Part shown: piece by piece, positions 19,362-23,225 of the stretch
Numbering within the stretch: the stretch's first letter is position 1
Layout: each line of letters opens with the position of its first letter
DNA from: Octopus sinensis
Lineage: Eukaryota
NCBI RefSeq assembly: GCF_006345805.1
Contig: NW_021836640.1
Location: 1-23,225, forward strand
DNA length: 23,225 bases
Direction: 5' to 3'
Notes under the pieces: generated by a model
Database searches by the model: none
What the model was told of the DNA's origin: nothing
Seen by the model: the letters and a program-made list of their open reading frames with translations, nothing else
Program-made: the position numbers and the translations under genes

Positions 19362-20248
19362 GTTTGTAAGATTTTTACATGACTAAATTATAAATTTTAC
19401 TTTAAATGTCCAAGGTAGCAAGATCGGGGACTGGTGCGATTTGACAAAGTGTGATCCGCTCCACATTCCACAAATGGCCAAAACCTCTGACCGGCAAACC
19501 CACAAGTACTTTATGCTTAGCTGTACTACAACAGTTGTACTGATAAAAAGAACTGATTCCTTAGTTCGTGTTAACCAAGAATTCGTTTTAACCAAGTCTC
19601 ACTCCCGGTACGGTAAATAGCGACGGAATTTAACGAAGGTCTCTGTAGAAGTTCCGCGTACTCTTCATATTCCGTACTCTTCATATTCGTTAACGAGGAT
19701 CGACTGAAGGACAATTCTGGTGCCAGAAGTCACGATAATTCCACCTCTTGTAGAATATTAATATACAATGTAAATTTGCCGGACATGTCCAACTGGGAGG
19801 TGTTTATCCATTAGAGAAATGTTTACGAAACAACCATCACAAGAAGAAACTGCCCAATCAATAAATTTTCTGTACAACACTGTTTGTCTTGCAAAACTTT
19901 GATAACTGTAAAGTAGTTGAACTTACGTTTTTTAAAACCTTCGATCTGATATTCGGTACTTGGGTATCTATCGCCGATGATTCACAATTGAAAATGAGAT
20001 TACGTGAATCGCATGATACAACAGTCCCATCCGCCAGTCCTGGCGAAATTTCGTAAACCGATATTGACTGTGCTTTTTGGCACATAACATCTATACGAGA
20101 TGATTTTTCAGGACGATGGCCGCAATCTACGGCGTTCTTACCAGGACAACTACCGCAGTCTACGGCGTTCTTACCAGCAATTCCAAGCTAGATGTGCAAA
20201 TTGTATATATATCTTTTTTCCTTATACCTATTTACGGTCATAGAAAAG

Positions 20249-20790
20249 CGATCATGCTGGGGCACAGCTTTGAAGTATTTCGTCGCCCTATTCAAAACTA
20301 GCCAGGCTCATGGGCCCGGTTTCCCGGTTTCTGTGGTGTGTGTGTTCCCCCCAGCTGGACGGGACGCCAGTCTATCGCAGCGTTACTCAAGAAACAGGAA
20401 GAGAAAGTGAGAGAAAGTTGTGGCGAAAGAGTACAACAGGGGTCACTCCCCCCCGCTGCCGGAGCCTCGTGGAGCTTTTAGGTGCTTTCGCTCAATAAAC
20501 ACACACAACTCCCGGTCTGGAAATCGAAACCGTGATCCTCTGACCGCGAGACCGCTGCCCTAACCACTGGGCCATTGCGCCTCCACCTTTGAAGTATTTA
20601 CTTGACCAAATTCATACTGATATTTATTATAAATCTAGAACCCATTGCATTAATTTTCTTGCTGAGACACTAAGTTTAGGGAACGTAAACACGTAAACAC
20701 TATTCATCAGGTAGTTGGTGATAAATACAAATACAAATACACAAACAAACATAGAAATGAATGCGCACTCATACACAAACACACACATAC
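20249..20790 (-). mobile_element. Old, decayed family A-like SINE interrupted by a family C SINE
   Basis: gcgatcatgctggggcacagcttt lies left of the insert and ctaagtttagggaacgtaaacac...acaaatacacaaac lies right of it. Both resemble the family A tail in reverse. Confidence 0.55.
20281..20586 (-). mobile_element. SINE family C, second subfamily copy, with a 13-bp TSD
   Basis: The minus-strand head is tggaggcgcaaTGGCCCAGTGGttaggg...GGTTTCGATTT. The TSD ctttgaagtattt is at 20268-20280 and 20587-20599. It shares gaaagtgagagaaagttgtggcgaaaga-like and ggacgccagtc(c/t) blocks with the 10154 copy. Confidence 0.9.
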
Positions 20791-20827
20791 ATACACATAT
20801 ATATATTCTCCTTTATTTCTTTGATAG

Positions 20828-20998
20828 ATTGGCGTAAACGGTATGACCAGACGTGTCCAACATATTAGTCTGGAACGAGGTACGGGCTCTAGTGGAAGCG
20901 GAAGTGGTACAAGAACCCGGCATCGGAAAAGGAAGAGATCAGATCGAAACCTGATGAAACACTTCCAGTTGACCCACTATGATGGGTTTGATGGGTGG
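20828..20998 (+). CDS. chrd: Chordin/Sog-like gene, next internal coding exon (continuation of the CHRD repeat)
   Basis: Strong acceptor ttctcctttatttctttgatAG (20826-20827) and donor TGG|gtaagt (20999). 171 bp, 57 codons, phase 0/0, which matches the phase-0 end of the previous exon. Translation IGVNGMTRRVQHISLERGTGSSGSGSGTRTRHRKRKRSDRNLMKHFQLTHYDGFDGW continues the chordin pattern (human QVVGTSSEVVAMTLETKPQRRDQR, recalled). Confidence 0.88.
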
Positions 20999-21079
20999 GT
21001 AAGTTTAATTGTGCACCCGTGACTGATTCTCTTTCTTTGGAAGACATTGTCATTCCTGACAACAGACACGGGCATTTTC

Positions 21080-21153
21080 TTTCTTTCTCTCTCGTTCTTT
21101 CACTCTTTCTGCCTTCATTTCTTTCTTCGTTTCTGTCTTTCTTTCTTTTTTTT

Positions 21154-21185
<32 letters not shown>

Positions 21186-21403
21186 TCATTCTTTTATCTT
21201 TCTTTCTTTTCGTTATTTTTCCTTTATGTCCCTGTTTCATTCATTCATTCATTCATCAATTCATTCAATCAACAATTCCTTCATTCATTATTTCTTTGCT
21301 TCTATCTTTTCACTTTCCTTCCTTCCTTTCCTTCCTTCTTGCCTTCTTTCCTTCCATCAGTCTATTCTAAATATTACAATTTTCTCAACCACATTTTTTT
21401 GTT

Positions 21404-21463
<60 letters not shown>

Positions 21464-21545
21464 ACTATCTGTCTGTCTGTCTGTCTCTCTATGTGTGTAT
21501 GTATGTATGTATGTTTGTATGTATGTATGTATGTATGTGTGTGTA
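21080..21545. repeat. Serial tetranucleotide array (CTTT)n-(TTCA)n-(CTTC)n-(TCTA)n-(TCTG)n-(TATG)n
   Basis: Directly visible, starting about 80 bp downstream of the second chordin-like exon donor. Confidence 0.95.
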
Positions 21546-21803
21546 ACTGCTTGTCGATCTGTCGCCTTTCTGTTCATCTATTAATGTGTGTGTATACATA
21601 TAATATATGTATATATATATATATATAGGTTATAAAATGAGATAGGGGTTGAAAATTCAACCCACCATGGGATAACATATATCCAATATACTGCTAGATA
21701 GGTACCCAACAAGACTAATACATAGATGTTAAAATTGCCAAACAATCAGTTCATCTATTGTATTATATGGGTAAAGGTAATAATATTCCCGTAAATTAAT
21801 TAC

Positions 21804-21845
21804 TACAAAATTAGAAAATGGAGTTCTCCATTTTCTAATTTTGTA
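21804..21845. repeat. Perfect 20-bp-arm palindrome with a 2-nt loop
   Basis: tacaaaattagaaaatggag-TT-ctccattttctaattttgta, at the right end of a ~220-bp island between (TA)n tracts. Confidence 0.95.
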
Positions 21846-21999
21846 ATATATATATTATATATATTATATATATTATATATATAATATATATTATATATAT
21901 GTATAATGTAAATGTATGTATGGGGTGTGTATCTATGTGTGTTTATGCACACCTATATAATATACACATATATATATAATATATAATAAATATATCTCT

Positions 22000-22037
<38 letters not shown>

Positions 22038-22314
22038 TGTATGTGTATATATAGAAACACACATCTATGTATACACACACATGTATTTACACAAACATTC
22101 TTTCCTATACATTCCGCCATTATTGTTTTTCCTCGAACTTAAAATCACCATTTATCTGCAACCGCCATATCTATTTCTTCACCCTTCTCGTCCTCTCATC
22201 GCCCCTCTTTGCGTTACCCTTTCAAATATCTGCAACATCAATTTCTATGAATTATACAAATATTTATTTTTCTTCAGCATCGTACAGTCGGTGGTCAAAA
22301 GTAAATACACGATA

Positions 22315-22352
22315 CATACATGCATGCATACATACATACATACATACACACA

Positions 22353-22386
<34 letters not shown>

Positions 22387-22485
22387 CATACATACATACA
22401 TACATACATACATACATACATACATAAATACATACATACATACATACATACATACATACATACATACATACATACATACACTTAT
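22315..22485. repeat. (TACA)n microsatellite
   Basis: Directly visible. Confidence 0.95.
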
Positions 22486-22525
22486 CTGTGATGCATGCAT
22501 ACATACATGCATAGTAGAATATATA

Positions 22526-22913
22526 TATATACGAAAAGAAGGTTTGAAAATGCAATTTAAAAGATGATTGTAGTACTCTGTGTCAACCAATATTCTGTGC
22601 ATGTTTGAATATACAGATACAATACCAATATCAATTCCTTCGGGAAAATATCTTAAGCATGTCCTTGAGAATGGTTATTTATGTAGTAATCTTTTGTGCC
22701 CAATATTTTAAGGAACTGTTGAACTTTTTTTATGTCCTTAGCATGTCCCTGTTACCAAAGACTGTATATATGTAATGTAACAATTTTTAACAACCAATAA
22801 TTAACGCAACCAAACTTCTACATGTTACTTTTGACAATCTTTTCCAAAGAGTGAAAACCGGTAAAGTAAATAAACATCTTTTAATTGCATTTTCAAACCT
22901 TCTTTCGTATATA
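22526..22913. mobile_element. TA-flanked element with ~40-bp terminal inverted repeats and an internal decayed hammerhead motif
   Basis: 22526-22566 and 22875-22913 are reverse complements apart from two 1-nt homopolymer indels. TACTT-TTGACAA-TCTTT(TCC)AAAGA-GT-GAAA-ACCGGTA-AAGTA-AATAAA lies at 22826-22874. Confidence 0.7.
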
Positions 22914-23182
22914 ATTCCACTCGTGCGGTACCCCCACCACAACTCCACTTTGTTATATATATATATATTATATATATACATACATACATACATATATATA
23001 TTATATATATATATATTATATATTATATAATATATATATATATTATATATATATATATATTATATATATATATATATATACGTGTGTGTGATATAATTCT
23101 AATATAATAATAAAATAATATTCTGTATAAGATAAACAGGCTCTTTGACTGGATTGAATACTCTTCAAATCCATAGGCACAT

Positions 23183-23225
23183 GTGTGGCTGTGTAGTAAG
23201 GCGTTGGCCTCCCCCACCGCATGGT
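23183..23225 (+). mobile_element. SINE family A head, cut off by the window end
   Basis: gtgtggctgtgtagtaaggcgttggcctcccccaccgcatggt resembles gagtggctgtgtggtaagtagcttgcttacgaaccacatggt at 2967. Confidence 0.6.

Larger units (their letters stand above)
19362..20827 (+). other. GT-AG intron (1466 bp) between the two chordin-like exons
   Basis: Begins GT at 19362 and ends AG at 20827. The reading frame is preserved across the junction (DYK|IGV). Confidence 0.85.

Noticed and set aside
22276-22298. Possible 23-nt micro-exon after a strong tttttcttcAG acceptor
   Set aside because: The peptide (HRTVGGQK) does not continue the CHRD pattern, the length would shift the frame, and the donor is weak.

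Overview
AT-rich, microsatellite- and SINE-dense eukaryotic genomic DNA. The repeat families and (TA)n/(TACA)n/(TTA)n landscape are what I recognise from octopod cephalopods (probably Octopus); the taxon is an inference. The only host gene I can support is on the + strand: two phase-compatible coding exons (19252/19260-19361 and 20828-20998). Spliced, they encode a CHRD (chordin/Sog) domain: FQAVLSSSEVTPGKRFVPGIGTAIFHLRQNGKLDYK|IGVNGMTRRVQHISLE...RHRKRKRSDRNLMKHFQLTHYDGFDGW. The rest of the window is therefore probably chordin intron. It holds three tRNA-related SINE families (A, B, C), two R4/Dong-type RLE LINE fragments, an L1/Tx1-type ORF2 3' remnant, a Helitron 3' end and a tRNA pseudogene. 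The most unusual signal is a set of (TA)n-embedded fold-back elements carrying type I hammerhead-ribozyme motifs, best seen at 13632-14086. These point to Penelope-like or retrozyme-like retroelements. Nearly all listed long ORFs are microsatellite artefacts.
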